A stretch of 64,000 bases of DNA from an uncultured candidate division Zixibacteria bacterium (GTDB lineage: Bacteria > Zixibacteria > MSB-5A5 > UBA10806): assembly GCA_963817915.1 (NCBI GenBank), contig CAWFQL010000006.1, positions 128,001 to 192,000 of the forward strand, written 5' to 3'. The translations under genes were made by a program, and so were the position numbers. The notes below the pieces were generated by a model. The model worked only from the letters and a program-made list of their open reading frames with translations. It did no database searches and had not been told where the DNA came from. Below are positions 36,692-47,005 of the stretch, one piece after another; the stretch's first letter is position 1, and every line of letters begins with the position of its first letter.

Positions 36692-38428
36692 TTACTTCAG
36701 CAATGTCATCTTCTTTGTTACTGCTGAATCGTCGGTCTTTAATGTGTAAAAGTAAATTCCAGATGAAATTTCGCTGGCATCGAAATTAATCGAATGCTTT
36801 CCAGCTTCCATCTGACCGTTAGCCAATGTCGTTACCTTGGCGCCTAACAAATTATAGACTGCCAATTCAACTCCGGATTTCTTATCCAGCGTGAATTCGA
36901 TACTAGTTTGGGCATTGAATGGGTTCGGATAATTCTGCTTCAATGAAAAACTTTTCGGGACACTAATATCATTTTCTATACCGGTTAGCGGATTTCGATA
37001 CGAAATATATTTAACGGGATTGTCTGTTACAGCTCCCTCTGTCTGAGGTATTCCGCCGGCATCCTTATCTTCGATATAGATTAAATGAATATTATTATCG
37101 ACCTTCTCCGCGATTGTCGACCAGTGTTCGGAATCGCAATCGCCCGGCTGACAGCCGGGAGTCGAGGAGCCGGTCATATTTATCTCTTCAGCCCAGCTAG
37201 TCCCACCATCCACCGAATAGGTCATACAGATATCGCCATTAGCATACCCGCCCGCGGAGCAGTCCGTAGAATCGAACTTAGTATAGGCTACAAAAAGCGC
37301 GTTTGAGGGCTGATGAACTCCTGCCGACATTTTGCTTATTGGGCGGTTCCACACTCCAAAGTCACAACCGGATTGCGGCCATACTGAATCAGGATAGGCC
37401 TGAATGACAGAAATAGTTCCAGAAGTGACGTCATAATGATTCAGAAACGTCTGGTAATAAACTCCGGCGTCTGTTACGTACTGCGCAGACCAGTAGATAT
37501 TCAAATTATCGCTGTTGTCATAAACAGCGGCAATATCAGTGTACGCGAATAACGAATCGTCCTGGCCATAATTCGTAATATTGATTTTGCCTCTGGCCCA
37601 ATCCCAGGTTGTTCCATCCAAAGATTGAATATAGTAGACATCATTTTGCCATTGGGTAGCTAAATCTGTTGGGTGGCAATATACTATCGCGACTTTATCG
37701 GAAACCGGGCTCGAAACAATTACTGGGGATATAACGCTTACTGTATCCACGCAGGCCAATTGGGACCAGTGAAATAGAGTGTCGATTGTTCTGATATAGC
37801 CAATTCGCTGGGGAGCTCCAGCCGCGCTGCTTTCGGTCATAACTATCTGAAATCTGCCGCTGCGGTCAATAGTCATATAAGGCCACATACATGGCGCGCT
37901 TCCAAACAGATTAGGAACCTGATAATAATTGAAAATTCCGTATCCGCGATTACTATCAACCGCCAACCAGACTGTGTTGGGGCCGGAACGGTGATATGTC
38001 AGTGCCATCCTATTATCCGGGGCTATCGCAAGTTGAACATACCCCTCAAGATTAACCGAACCAGCCTGAGTTGCCCCCAACCAAACATCGTTTTCATCTA
38101 CAAAATTACAATAAATCTGCCTTGTTGTCGGGTAAGAAAGGCCATTCATCCATCCGAAGTGAACTCCACCATAACTATCTACAGCGACCCGATGCCCGGT
38201 TGAACCGTTTGTTTGATAGTCATACTGGGTTTCGCCGACCATTTGGGTATCCGTCAGAACATCAGAATTTGACGGGGAATACGGTACATTTGGGAATGGC
38301 TCACCCCCGGTAAAATTTTTATTTTCTCTCGCGGGAGACGTTTTTGAATAGTCCACAGCGTAGATTAATCCCGAAAATAGCAATATTATCGGAATTATCA
38401 TCCAGAACACCGATACCGTTCTTTTCAT
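36692..38428 (-). CDS. Secreted BNR/beta-propeller-like protein with T9SS-type CTD (paralog 4, long type)
   Basis: Signal peptide; Asp-box-like QSLDGTTW and SVDGGTSW; QNYPNPFN..SGIYFY..KKMTLLK. Confidence 0.85.
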   Translation of the reverse strand: MKRTVSVFWMIIPIILLFSGLIYAVDYSKTSPARENKNFTGGEPFPNVPYSPSNSDVLTDTQMVGETQYDYQTNGSTGHRVAVDSYGGVHFGWMNGLSYPTTRQIYCNFVDENDVWLGATQAGSVNLEGYVQLAIAPDNRMALTYHRSGPNTVWLAVDSNRGYGIFNYYQVPNLFGSAPCMWPYMTIDRSGRFQIVMTESSAAGAPQRIGYIRTIDTLFHWSQLACVDTVSVISPVIVSSPVSDKVAIVYCHPTDLATQWQNDVYYIQSLDGTTWDWARGKINITNYGQDDSLFAYTDIAAVYDNSDNLNIYWSAQYVTDAGVYYQTFLNHYDVTSGTISVIQAYPDSVWPQSGCDFGVWNRPISKMSAGVHQPSNALFVAYTKFDSTDCSAGGYANGDICMTYSVDGGTSWAEEINMTGSSTPGCQPGDCDSEHWSTIAEKVDNNIHLIYIEDKDAGGIPQTEGAVTDNPVKYISYRNPLTGIENDISVPKSFSLKQNYPNPFNAQTSIEFTLDKKSGVELAVYNLLGAKVTTLANGQMEAGKHSINFDASEISSGIYFYTLKTDDSAVTKKMTLLK

Positions 38429-38491
38429 TGTTCTTCCCCTTTCAAGGTTTTTTTCCTACACAGTAGTAATGTCATACCTGTTCGTCTGCAT

Positions 38492-40103
38492 TTACTTCAA
38501 CAGCGTCATCTTCTTGGTAACTTTGGAATCATTTGTCTTCAATATATAGTAATAAACTCCCGACGAAATCCTGCTAGCGTCGAAATTGATCGAATGCTTT
38601 CCAGCCTCCATCTGACCGTTGGCCAATGTCGCTACCTTGGCGCCTAACAAATTATAGACCGCCAGTTCAACCTTGGCTTTCTTATCCAATGTGAAATCGA
38701 TATTGGTCTGCGCATTGAATGGATTCGGATAATTCTGTGAAATGAGAATTCTATTTGGCATAATGCTCATTTTCATCAACATTGCCAAAACGCGATTCTA
38801 CTCAAATAAAGCATATTATCATAAAATTTGGATTATAACCAATATCCTTATTATTCACGTAGAAATATGTGAACAAATGGTCATTCTGCCCTTTCTGCAA
38901 CTGAAGGCCAATTGTCATCATCACAATTTCCCTGCGTGCAATTCGGAGTATGCGAATTTGTTACGTTTAACGGATTGATCCCATGTCTGCCCGTCATAAA
39001 ATGTATGGTCATATAAATATCGCCGTTCGCATTCCCGCTCGCAGAGCAATCGGTAGAATCAATGCCGTATAGACCAGGTAGAGCTCATTATCCCCTATAT
39101 TGACTCCCATGGACATCTTGCATATCGGACGATTCCATGCCCCAAAATCGCATCCGGATTCCGGCCAGCTCGGCGAAGAATGGGTAATTTCAGTAATCGA
39201 TCCCGACGAAGCATCAAAAATGATTTAGAAATGTCTGGTGATGGTAGCTATTTTCACCCGTTGCCGATCCATTGAGAATTCCAGACTATATGGAGATTAT
39301 CATTATAATCATAGACCGCTGCAAGATCGGTATAAGCAAAAAGTGAATCGCCGTTATGACCATAATTGGTAACATTGATTTTTCCATTTGCCCAGTCCCA
39401 GGTCATTCCATCAGTCGATTGGATATAATAAACATCATTCCTTAACTGGGTGGAATCGGTAGGATGACTGTATATTATGGCGACTTTATCAGATACTGGA
39501 GAAGAAACCACAATTGGAGAAATAACTCTGACAGTATCAACATCAGCCAATGTAGTCCAGGTTACTCCTCCATTTGATGATCTCGTATATCCAATTCTCT
39601 GGGGAGCGCCAGCCTCGCTATTTTCGGTTTCAACCACATGATATCTTCCAGTCCTATCACTTGTAATATACGGCCACATTAACCTATCGTCGACAAATGT
39701 ATTGGGAATAATGAAAAGATCGAATATTCCCACACCTGAAAACAAATCAATTGCAAAATTAACGATGCTTTGTCCGCCTCTATGATAAACGATTACGGCT
39801 CTATCGTCATGGGACACTGTCATTTGAGGGTAGCCCTCGAGATTATAGCATACTGACTGGAACCTGACCAAGCCATACATCGCGGGAAGTGACATAATTG
39901 TAGTAAATCTGTCTTGTGGATTGATTGCCGTTCATCCATGTAAAATGAACTGCGTCATCGGTACCAAGGGCTATCCTATGCCCTGAGGACCCGTTCGACT
40001 GCATATAATATTGAGTTTCACCTACAATATAACCCGGCGATTGAGCAAAGACTATCGAAGCTAAAGATACCAAAATCAACAATGAACCTATAACAACTTT
40101 CAT
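38492..40103 (-). pseudogene. Paralog 3 (short type), broken by many single-base indels (pseudogene or sequencing error)
   Basis: Fragments 39843-40103, 39254-39895 and 38492-38788; intervening DNA still encodes WPESGCDFGAWNRPICKMS and DCSASGNANGDI in shifting frames. Confidence 0.7.
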
Positions 40104-40301
40104 CTTTCTTTCCTCCGAAGCAATGGTTGGAAATCAGAACGATTATCTATTTTTAATAATTCCTGTATAAATACTAACAAATTATGGCATTATTTGTCAA
40201 TAATTATTTTAACATATCCCGCTCAGGCCAGGTCGCCTGACCCAAACAAAAAAAATCGGGGCCATGATTGACCCCGATTAAAAATTGAAATGCCTGCTAA
40301 A

Positions 40302-41915
40302 TTACTTCAGCAATGTCATCTTCTTGGATACTTCTGACCCGTCGGTCTTCAATGTGTAGTAATAAATACCCGATGAAATCTTGCTAGCGTCGAAATTGAT
40401 CGAATGTTTTCCAGCTTCCATCTGACCGTTGGCCAATGTCGCTACCTTGGCGCCTAACAAATTATAGACCGCCAGTTCAACCTTGGCTTTCTTTTCCAAT
40501 GTGAAATCGATATTGGTCTTGGCATTGAATGGATTCGGATAATTCTGCGATAATGAAAATTGATTCGGAATTGCGTTATTTTCTTCAACGCCCGTAGGAC
40601 TTGTCGGCACTTTTAGATAAAGCATGCTGCAATCGAAAGGCGGGTCTTGTCCCACTTCATGGCTGTCAACGTAAAAGACGCGCAAATAGCCGTCAACCCT
40701 TTCCGTTATTGAAGGCCAATTGTCGTCATCACAATGGCCGGGACTGCATCTCGGAGTTCGAGAATTTGTCAAATTAATTGCGGGATTCCATGACTGTCCA
40801 CCGTCATACGATGAGTTCAAATAAATATCGCCATTGGCCCTACCGCTTATCGAACAATCTGTTGGATCGTACCCGGTATAGACAAGATATAGCGAATCGG
40901 ATCCTTCCTTGACGCCCAACGACATTTTACACAATGGACGATTTACGAAACTAATATCGCACCCTGAATCAGGCCAGGTCGGTAAAGAACGCGTGATTTC
41001 ACTTATTGTCCCTGAAGCCTCATCAAAATGGTTTAGCAGAGTCAGAGGATAGTACCTATATTCACCCGGTATCGGCCTCTGAGAGTTCCAAACGATTTGG
41101 AGATTATCATTATAGTCATATACTGCCGCAAGGTCAGTAAAAGCATAAAACGAATCATCATTCTGACCGTAATTTGTTACGTTGATTATCCCGGTAGACC
41201 AATCCCAGGAAGTCCCATCTGTCGATTGGATATAGTAAACATCATTCTTATATTGAGTGGTATCGTTAGGATGGCAATAGACAATAGCCACCTTATTTGA
41301 TACTGGGGAAGACACCACAACTGACGATATCACCCTAACAACATCAAACACTATTAAGGAACTCCATGTACTCCCTCCATCGGCAGATCTGGAATATGCG
41401 ATCCTCATGCGACTCAGGGAATCCATTGGCCCCGTTACAACTAAATGATATCTATTGTTCCTGTCACGCGAAATATAAGGCCACATAAATCTAGCATCCC
41501 CAATAGAATTGGGTATCAAATTAGATTCAAAAATTCCTATGCCCGTAAAGCTATCAATTGCGAAATACAAATCCCCTGTAGGGGCTCTATGATAGACGAG
41601 AATGCCCCTATCGTCAGGAGAAACTGTTAATTGTGGATATCCATCAAGATTATAAGAGCTGGCCTGCACCGGGCCCAGCCAAGCATCATGGGAGTCTACA
41701 TAATTATAATATATATTTCTTACTGTCGGGTATGCAAGATAGTTAGTCCACGTAAAATGAACTCCCCCCCGGCTGTCAAGGGCTACCCTATGCCCTATTG
41801 AGCCATTCGTTTGATTTCCATAGTCCGTTGTCCCAACCAAAATACCGGGCGATTCCGCAAAAACAATCGGCGCCATAATTAAAAGAATCATCAAAGAAAC
41901 TATAACAATTTTCAT
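40302..41915 (-). CDS. Secreted BNR/beta-propeller-like protein with T9SS-type CTD (paralog 2, short type)
   Basis: SADGGSTW, STDGTSW, SYDGGQSW; QNYPNPFN..KKMTLLK. Confidence 0.88.
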   Translation of the reverse strand: MKIVIVSLMILLIMAPIVFAESPGILVGTTDYGNQTNGSIGHRVALDSRGGVHFTWTNYLAYPTVRNIYYNYVDSHDAWLGPVQASSYNLDGYPQLTVSPDDRGILVYHRAPTGDLYFAIDSFTGIGIFESNLIPNSIGDARFMWPYISRDRNNRYHLVVTGPMDSLSRMRIAYSRSADGGSTWSSLIVFDVVRVISSVVVSSPVSNKVAIVYCHPNDTTQYKNDVYYIQSTDGTSWDWSTGIINVTNYGQNDDSFYAFTDLAAVYDYNDNLQIVWNSQRPIPGEYRYYPLTLLNHFDEASGTISEITRSLPTWPDSGCDISFVNRPLCKMSLGVKEGSDSLYLVYTGYDPTDCSISGRANGDIYLNSSYDGGQSWNPAINLTNSRTPRCSPGHCDDDNWPSITERVDGYLRVFYVDSHEVGQDPPFDCSMLYLKVPTSPTGVEENNAIPNQFSLSQNYPNPFNAKTNIDFTLEKKAKVELAVYNLLGAKVATLANGQMEAGKHSINFDASKISSGIYYYTLKTDGSEVSKKMTLLK

Positions 41916-42166
41916 CTTCCTTTCCTCCGTAATAATGGTGGGAAATCAGAACAATTATCTATTTTTAATAATACCTGCATAAATACTAACTTATTATAGC
42001 ATAACTTGTCAATAATTATTTTGAGAAATCAGGCTGAGGGGAAGGTACATTATATGGGGGGCAGTCGTCACGACTGCCCCCGCTTTTTTTCGCAATGCCT
42101 AACAAACCGCAATAAAAAAATCGGGGCCATGATTGACCCCGATTAAAAATTGAAATGCCTGCTAAA

Positions 42167-43906
42167 TTACTTCAGCAATGTCATCTTCTTGGATACTTCT
42201 GATCCGTCGGTCTTCAATGTGTAGTAATAGATACCCGACGAAATCTTGCTGGCATCAAAATTGATCGAATGCTTTCCAGCTTCCATCTGACCGTTAGCCA
42301 ATGTCGCAACCTTGGCGCCTAACAAATTATAGACTGCCAATTCAACTCTGGATTTCTTATCCAATGTGAAATCGATATTGGTCTGGGCGTTGAATGGATT
42401 CGGATAGTTCTGCTTCAACGAGAAGCTCTTCGGCTGATCAATTTTCTCATCGACACCGAGTAATGGATTCGGATATTTCAAGTACTTGACCGGGTTATCC
42501 GTTACCGTTCCTTCGGTCTGAGGAATGCCGCCGGCATCCTTATCTTCAACGAAGAACAGATGAATGAAGCCATCGACTTTTTCAGCTATTGATGACCAAT
42601 GATCTGAATCGCAATCGCCAGGCTGGCAACCGGGAGTATGAGAGTCGGTCAAATTGATTTCTTCTGACCATGAGCTTCCCTGGCTCGCCGAGTACATCAA
42701 ATAGATATCGCCGTTGGCAAATCCGCCAGCCGAACAATCGGATGTATCGAACTTAGTATAAGTAGCGAATAATCCGTTGGTAGCCTGGTTGACACCTAGC
42801 GACATCTTGCAAATTGGACGGTTCCATGCTCCAAAATCGCAGCCGGCAGACGGCCAGACTGAATCAGGGTAGGCTTGCATGACAGTAATAGTGCCGGAAG
42901 TAACATCATAGTGATTCAGGAATGTGCGATAATAAATACCGCCGGCCGAGCTAATCCACTGAGCTTCCCATATAATATGGAGATCATCATTGTAATCATA
43001 AACCGCGGCTAAGTCGGTGTATGCCCAAAGGCTGTCTCTGCCGCCGTAGCGGGTTACATTGACTTTACCATTTGACCAGGGCCAAGTCGTACCATCGGCT
43101 GATTGTATGTAGTAAATATTGTTGAGCCACTGAGTGGAATCTGTGAAGTGACTGTATACAATGGCTACTTTATCGGAAACAGGGGAAGAGACGACGACGG
43201 GAGCAATAACTCTTACCGTATCAACACGGGCCAATGCACTCCATGTCGATCCGCCATCGGAAGATCTGGTATATCCAACAATCTGAGTAGCGCCAGCCGC
43301 GCTGCTTTCGCTCATTATCACATGATATCTTCCGGATCTATCGCGCGTAATATATGGCCACATTAATCTTGCACTTCCGAAAGCGTTCGGCATCGTGAAG
43401 TAATCGAAAATACCGATACCGCTAAATGTATCAATTGCGAAGTGGGCGGAATTGGGGCCGCTTCTGTGATAAACCAAGACTCCTCTATCGTCGGGGGATA
43501 CTGTCAACTGATTGTAACCCTCGAGATTAACTGTACCAGCTTGTGTCGGACCAAGCCATACATCGCCGGGGCTGACATAATTGTAATAAATCTGTCTTGT
43601 GGTCGGATATGCAAGACCGTTCATCCATCCAAAATGAACTCCGCCCTGGCTATCAACTGCTACCCGGTGACCCGAGGAACCGTTGCTCTGATAATCATAC
43701 TGAGTCTCGCCAACCATTACTCCCGGAGATTCGGTTATCAAGCCGGGCTGAGATGGAACATACGGCGCGTTCGGCAACGGCTCTGAACCATTCAAAATTT
43801 TGTGTTCAACTGCCGGGGCGGTCTTCTGAAGATCAGCCGCCATAATTGTTCCGGCAAATACCATCAATGTCACCAGCATTGCCCAAAACATTGTCTTTTT
43901 AGCCAT
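42167..43906 (-). CDS. Secreted BNR/beta-propeller-like protein with T9SS-type CTD (paralog 1, long type)
   Basis: SSDGGSTW, SADGTTW; QNYPNPFN..KKMTLLK; AAGGAG SD. Confidence 0.88.
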   Translation of the reverse strand: MAKKTMFWAMLVTLMVFAGTIMAADLQKTAPAVEHKILNGSEPLPNAPYVPSQPGLITESPGVMVGETQYDYQSNGSSGHRVAVDSQGGVHFGWMNGLAYPTTRQIYYNYVSPGDVWLGPTQAGTVNLEGYNQLTVSPDDRGVLVYHRSGPNSAHFAIDTFSGIGIFDYFTMPNAFGSARLMWPYITRDRSGRYHVIMSESSAAGATQIVGYTRSSDGGSTWSALARVDTVRVIAPVVVSSPVSDKVAIVYSHFTDSTQWLNNIYYIQSADGTTWPWSNGKVNVTRYGGRDSLWAYTDLAAVYDYNDDLHIIWEAQWISSAGGIYYRTFLNHYDVTSGTITVMQAYPDSVWPSAGCDFGAWNRPICKMSLGVNQATNGLFATYTKFDTSDCSAGGFANGDIYLMYSASQGSSWSEEINLTDSHTPGCQPGDCDSDHWSSIAEKVDGFIHLFFVEDKDAGGIPQTEGTVTDNPVKYLKYPNPLLGVDEKIDQPKSFSLKQNYPNPFNAQTNIDFTLDKKSRVELAVYNLLGAKVATLANGQMEAGKHSINFDASKISSGIYYYTLKTDGSEVSKKMTLLK

Positions 43907-44003
43907 TTTTACTGCTCCTTACAATCGTTAAAGGTTAATAAAATCATTCGAATTATTCTGAGGAATCACCTCCCCCGTTTTCATTTCTTTTCGTTTCGCT
44001 CTT

Positions 44004-44783
44004 TTATTTTAATTTCTCTTTTATTTTCCAATTTTCAGCAAGCTCCATCGCGTCCGATTGCTGATTCCCGAAAAGATTTTCGAATCCCTGCCTGAAACCA
44101 TTTGCCAATTCCTCTGTTGTCAAAAAATCGTCCGCGTAATTATAAAAAAAAGTCGTCGTATTTTCAAGCTTATCTCTCACGATTTCTCGATCTTCGCAAT
44201 TGAGATACTTTGTGAGATCGACAGCGGCCCTTCTCAACGGCATCGAGCCCTGCTGAACAATACATCTCTCGAAGACTCTCTGCGCTGAACCCATTAATTT
44301 CCTGCCTGCCACCGTTATTTCTCCCGCATCGGCCTGAATAAAACAAGGTCCGCTCGAAACCCTTCCTCTCGTGAGAAGCGGGCTGCAATGCCCCTCAACT
44401 CCGAATTTCGCCAAAACCCCTGTTAATATACAATTGATCTTGCCGAAATATTCCCGTGCCTCAATCGCGTTAATATGCCTGATTTGAGGCCACACAACCG
44501 TATAACATAAATCATGGCCATGAAGTAGTTCTCGTCCGCCTGTTGGCCGTTGAACAATCGGGATTTGATCAATCGCGCATAATGCCTCATTGATTCTCTT
44601 CTCGATTTTCTGATTGCATCCTGTGCTGATAGTATAGCGATCCCATGTGTAAATTCGCAAAATCGGTTTTTCTGGCGGATTAACGGCTCCCAGATAGAAA
44701 TCAAATTCCATATTAAGTTTTCCACTCCAGCCAGGAGTGAAAACATATCCAAAATCATATTCTTTTGTCAAAGTACGACCCAA
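44004..44783 (-). CDS. Lipoate-protein ligase / octanoyltransferase family (LplA/LipM-like)
   Basis: ILRIYTW..TISTG, VQRPTGGR.LLH, PCF, GRKLMGSAQ, QQGS. Confidence 0.85.
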   Translation of the reverse strand: MGRTLTKEYDFGYVFTPGWSGKLNMEFDFYLGAVNPPEKPILRIYTWDRYTISTGCNQKIEKRINEALCAIDQIPIVQRPTGGRELLHGHDLCYTVVWPQIRHINAIEAREYFGKINCILTGVLAKFGVEGHCSPLLTRGRVSSGPCFIQADAGEITVAGRKLMGSAQRVFERCIVQQGSMPLRRAAVDLTKYLNCEDREIVRDKLENTTTFFYNYADDFLTTEELANGFRQGFENLFGNQQSDAMELAENWKIKEKLK

Positions 44784-45056
44784 TTCACCAAGGTAAAAAG
44801 CAAATTACGTGCCGATAAAGCTCAATCATTTACCTCATAATCGGTTGCATAAAACATTGCCTGCCAAATGACAACCTTATAAATAGTCCTGATATCAGCC
44901 ATTTTGCAGGCATTTTTGCGCGAAAAACTCATTATTTAAACACTTCAGTTTATGCAAGCAGTTGCACATTGCCTTATTACTTTTGCAAATCCAACTGCCT
45001 TTAATCTCAACTTAATTTAAACAACAACCAGTAAATGTCAAGGTTTATTTACGACA

Positions 45057-46925
45057 CTACTTTATCAGAAGCATTCTCTTGGCCTGAGAAATTCCATCTA
45101 TTTTGTAGAAGTAGACACCAGAGGGAACCGACTGTCCAAAATCATCGCTGCCCCAGGTAATATAGCTAATCCCCGGTTTTATTGTCACCAATTTATGGCC
45201 TACTATTTGACCCGTAAGATTATATACATTGAGACGAGTTCTGATATCCTCGTAGCCAGATGAATATATCGTTATATTGGTCTTGGAATTAAATGGATTC
45301 GGATAATTGCCTCCCAATTCCAATTTAGTTGCTACTGGCTCATGTTCGAATATTCCGGTTATGTATGGCTCAAGATGAAAATCAATATCATACACAAAAG
45401 GCACATCCGCTAAATTCACATTAACAATTGACGGATATGTCTGAGAATTAAAGCCTATATAATCGCACGTGACATAATATGAGCCGGAAACTAGCCCGCC
45501 TATTATCGAATATTCACCGGCCGAGTTACTCTTAGCATACGCTATCGGTCTGTCATCACCGACAGGATACGCATAAACTCTGGCGTCGCTGATCGGACCT
45601 GAATCAGATGTAACTGTCCCATTGATTGCCAGCCCCATATTGCCATAATCCTGAGTAATCGCTTCCGATTGTATTCCGCCAACATGACCCGAAACGGTAA
45701 TTATCTCTCCCGATTGCCAGTTGCATGTCTGAGGATAGAAAAATGGCATAATATATGTCCCGGAAAACATCAATAAATATTGGCCGCCGGGCAGGTTGCC
45801 GACCATGAATTCCCCATAACCATTGGTGTATGTCGAATTGACATTTTTGCCCGTCTCATAGTCAATCGCGGACACGACAATATCTACCAATCCCGTGCCA
45901 TTAGCGGAATTTGAGACTGTGCCTGAAATCGAATACTCATGCGGCGTCGCCCGGTCGATCGCGAAATCTATTGTAGGAACAGTCTGGCTCGAATCCACTC
46001 TGACAGTCTGTGCATTCAATGGATCATATTGATTGTCATAATAAATTATGATATTATTGCCATCATCGGAGCAGGATTCGCATCGAACAAATACGTAATA
46101 GTCCCCCGCCGGCGCGTCGATAGAGAATAAACCGTCCGCGTCTGACTGTGTGGTCTCCAGGTTCGGATCCTGCCAGAAATCAATCCATTGGTGCGCGCAA
46201 ATCTGGGCCCCGGATATGCCTTCGTTGCTGTTGACATTGAAGACGCGGCCGGTAATGGTTCCCCATCCAACATCTCTAAGCAAAAATGAAATTCCTGCAG
46301 TCTCTTCGTTCTGATGAACCGTCACCTGAACGGCGTCTTCAATTCGCGAAACCCCGGGGAAATATTCGGTACGTTTGCCTCTCGCCCGTCCTAAAATCTT
46401 ATAAGTCCCCGGAAGAAGACCGCTGATTGTGTAAGATTGCGGAAATGCCCCTTGAATCGTTATGCTTTTATTCAGCCCTTCCTGAGGATAATCAATTTTC
46501 AACGCCGTTATCAGGCCCTTATCGGTATCATGATCGATAAAATCAAAAATGCCGCTGATCGTCCCGCCCTCATCCAAGCTCATATTAGCAATTGTATATT
46601 GCCCGATTGAAACCCTTATTTGCTGAGCCTCAACTATCCGATATTCACCAGGGAAGAATTCTTTGACCAGATTGTCTTTTTCCGCGGAAATTTTATATTG
46701 ACCCGCTTCCTTTTCGAAACGGAAAAAACCTCTATCGTCTGTTAATGTCGAATCTAAAATATTATCAGCGGGGTCATAAATATATACAAGAGCGTTATAG
46801 ATTGCTGTATTCGAATTTTCATGCGTAACCTTGCCGGAAATTACGCCATAATTGGCCGCCACGACGACATCGAATGATAGTCCTATTGCCATCAGGCACA
46901 CCAATATGCTTCGGAGCCTAAACAT
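45057..46925 (-). CDS. Secreted multi-carboxypeptidase-regulatory-like domain protein with T9SS/FlgD-type CTD
   Basis: Signal peptide; repeated ISG.V..G.Y domains; NYPNPFN..VPSGVYFY..KRMLLIK. Confidence 0.85.
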   Translation of the reverse strand: MFRLRSILVCLMAIGLSFDVVVAANYGVISGKVTHENSNTAIYNALVYIYDPADNILDSTLTDDRGFFRFEKEAGQYKISAEKDNLVKEFFPGEYRIVEAQQIRVSIGQYTIANMSLDEGGTISGIFDFIDHDTDKGLITALKIDYPQEGLNKSITIQGAFPQSYTISGLLPGTYKILGRARGKRTEYFPGVSRIEDAVQVTVHQNEETAGISFLLRDVGWGTITGRVFNVNSNEGISGAQICAHQWIDFWQDPNLETTQSDADGLFSIDAPAGDYYVFVRCESCSDDGNNIIIYYDNQYDPLNAQTVRVDSSQTVPTIDFAIDRATPHEYSISGTVSNSANGTGLVDIVVSAIDYETGKNVNSTYTNGYGEFMVGNLPGGQYLLMFSGTYIMPFFYPQTCNWQSGEIITVSGHVGGIQSEAITQDYGNMGLAINGTVTSDSGPISDARVYAYPVGDDRPIAYAKSNSAGEYSIIGGLVSGSYYVTCDYIGFNSQTYPSIVNVNLADVPFVYDIDFHLEPYITGIFEHEPVATKLELGGNYPNPFNSKTNITIYSSGYEDIRTRLNVYNLTGQIVGHKLVTIKPGISYITWGSDDFGQSVPSGVYFYKIDGISQAKRMLLIK

Positions 46926-47005
46926 CCAAATTAATAATAGTCAATTGACAGTATATATGCAAGCCTTTTTTTCATTTTCCAACTCTATTTTGATAGACAA
47001 ATTCC

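Noticed and set aside
36639..43906. Diversity-generating retroelement or CRISPR array explaining the repeats
   Set aside because: No reverse transcriptase or cas gene, no obvious adenine-specific variation and no regular repeat-spacer period; the repeats are paralogous genes
44830..44990. Sigma54 (-24/-12) promoter near the activator genes
   Set aside because: The GG/GC spacing did not fit the TGGCAC-N5-TTGC consensus in the candidates examined
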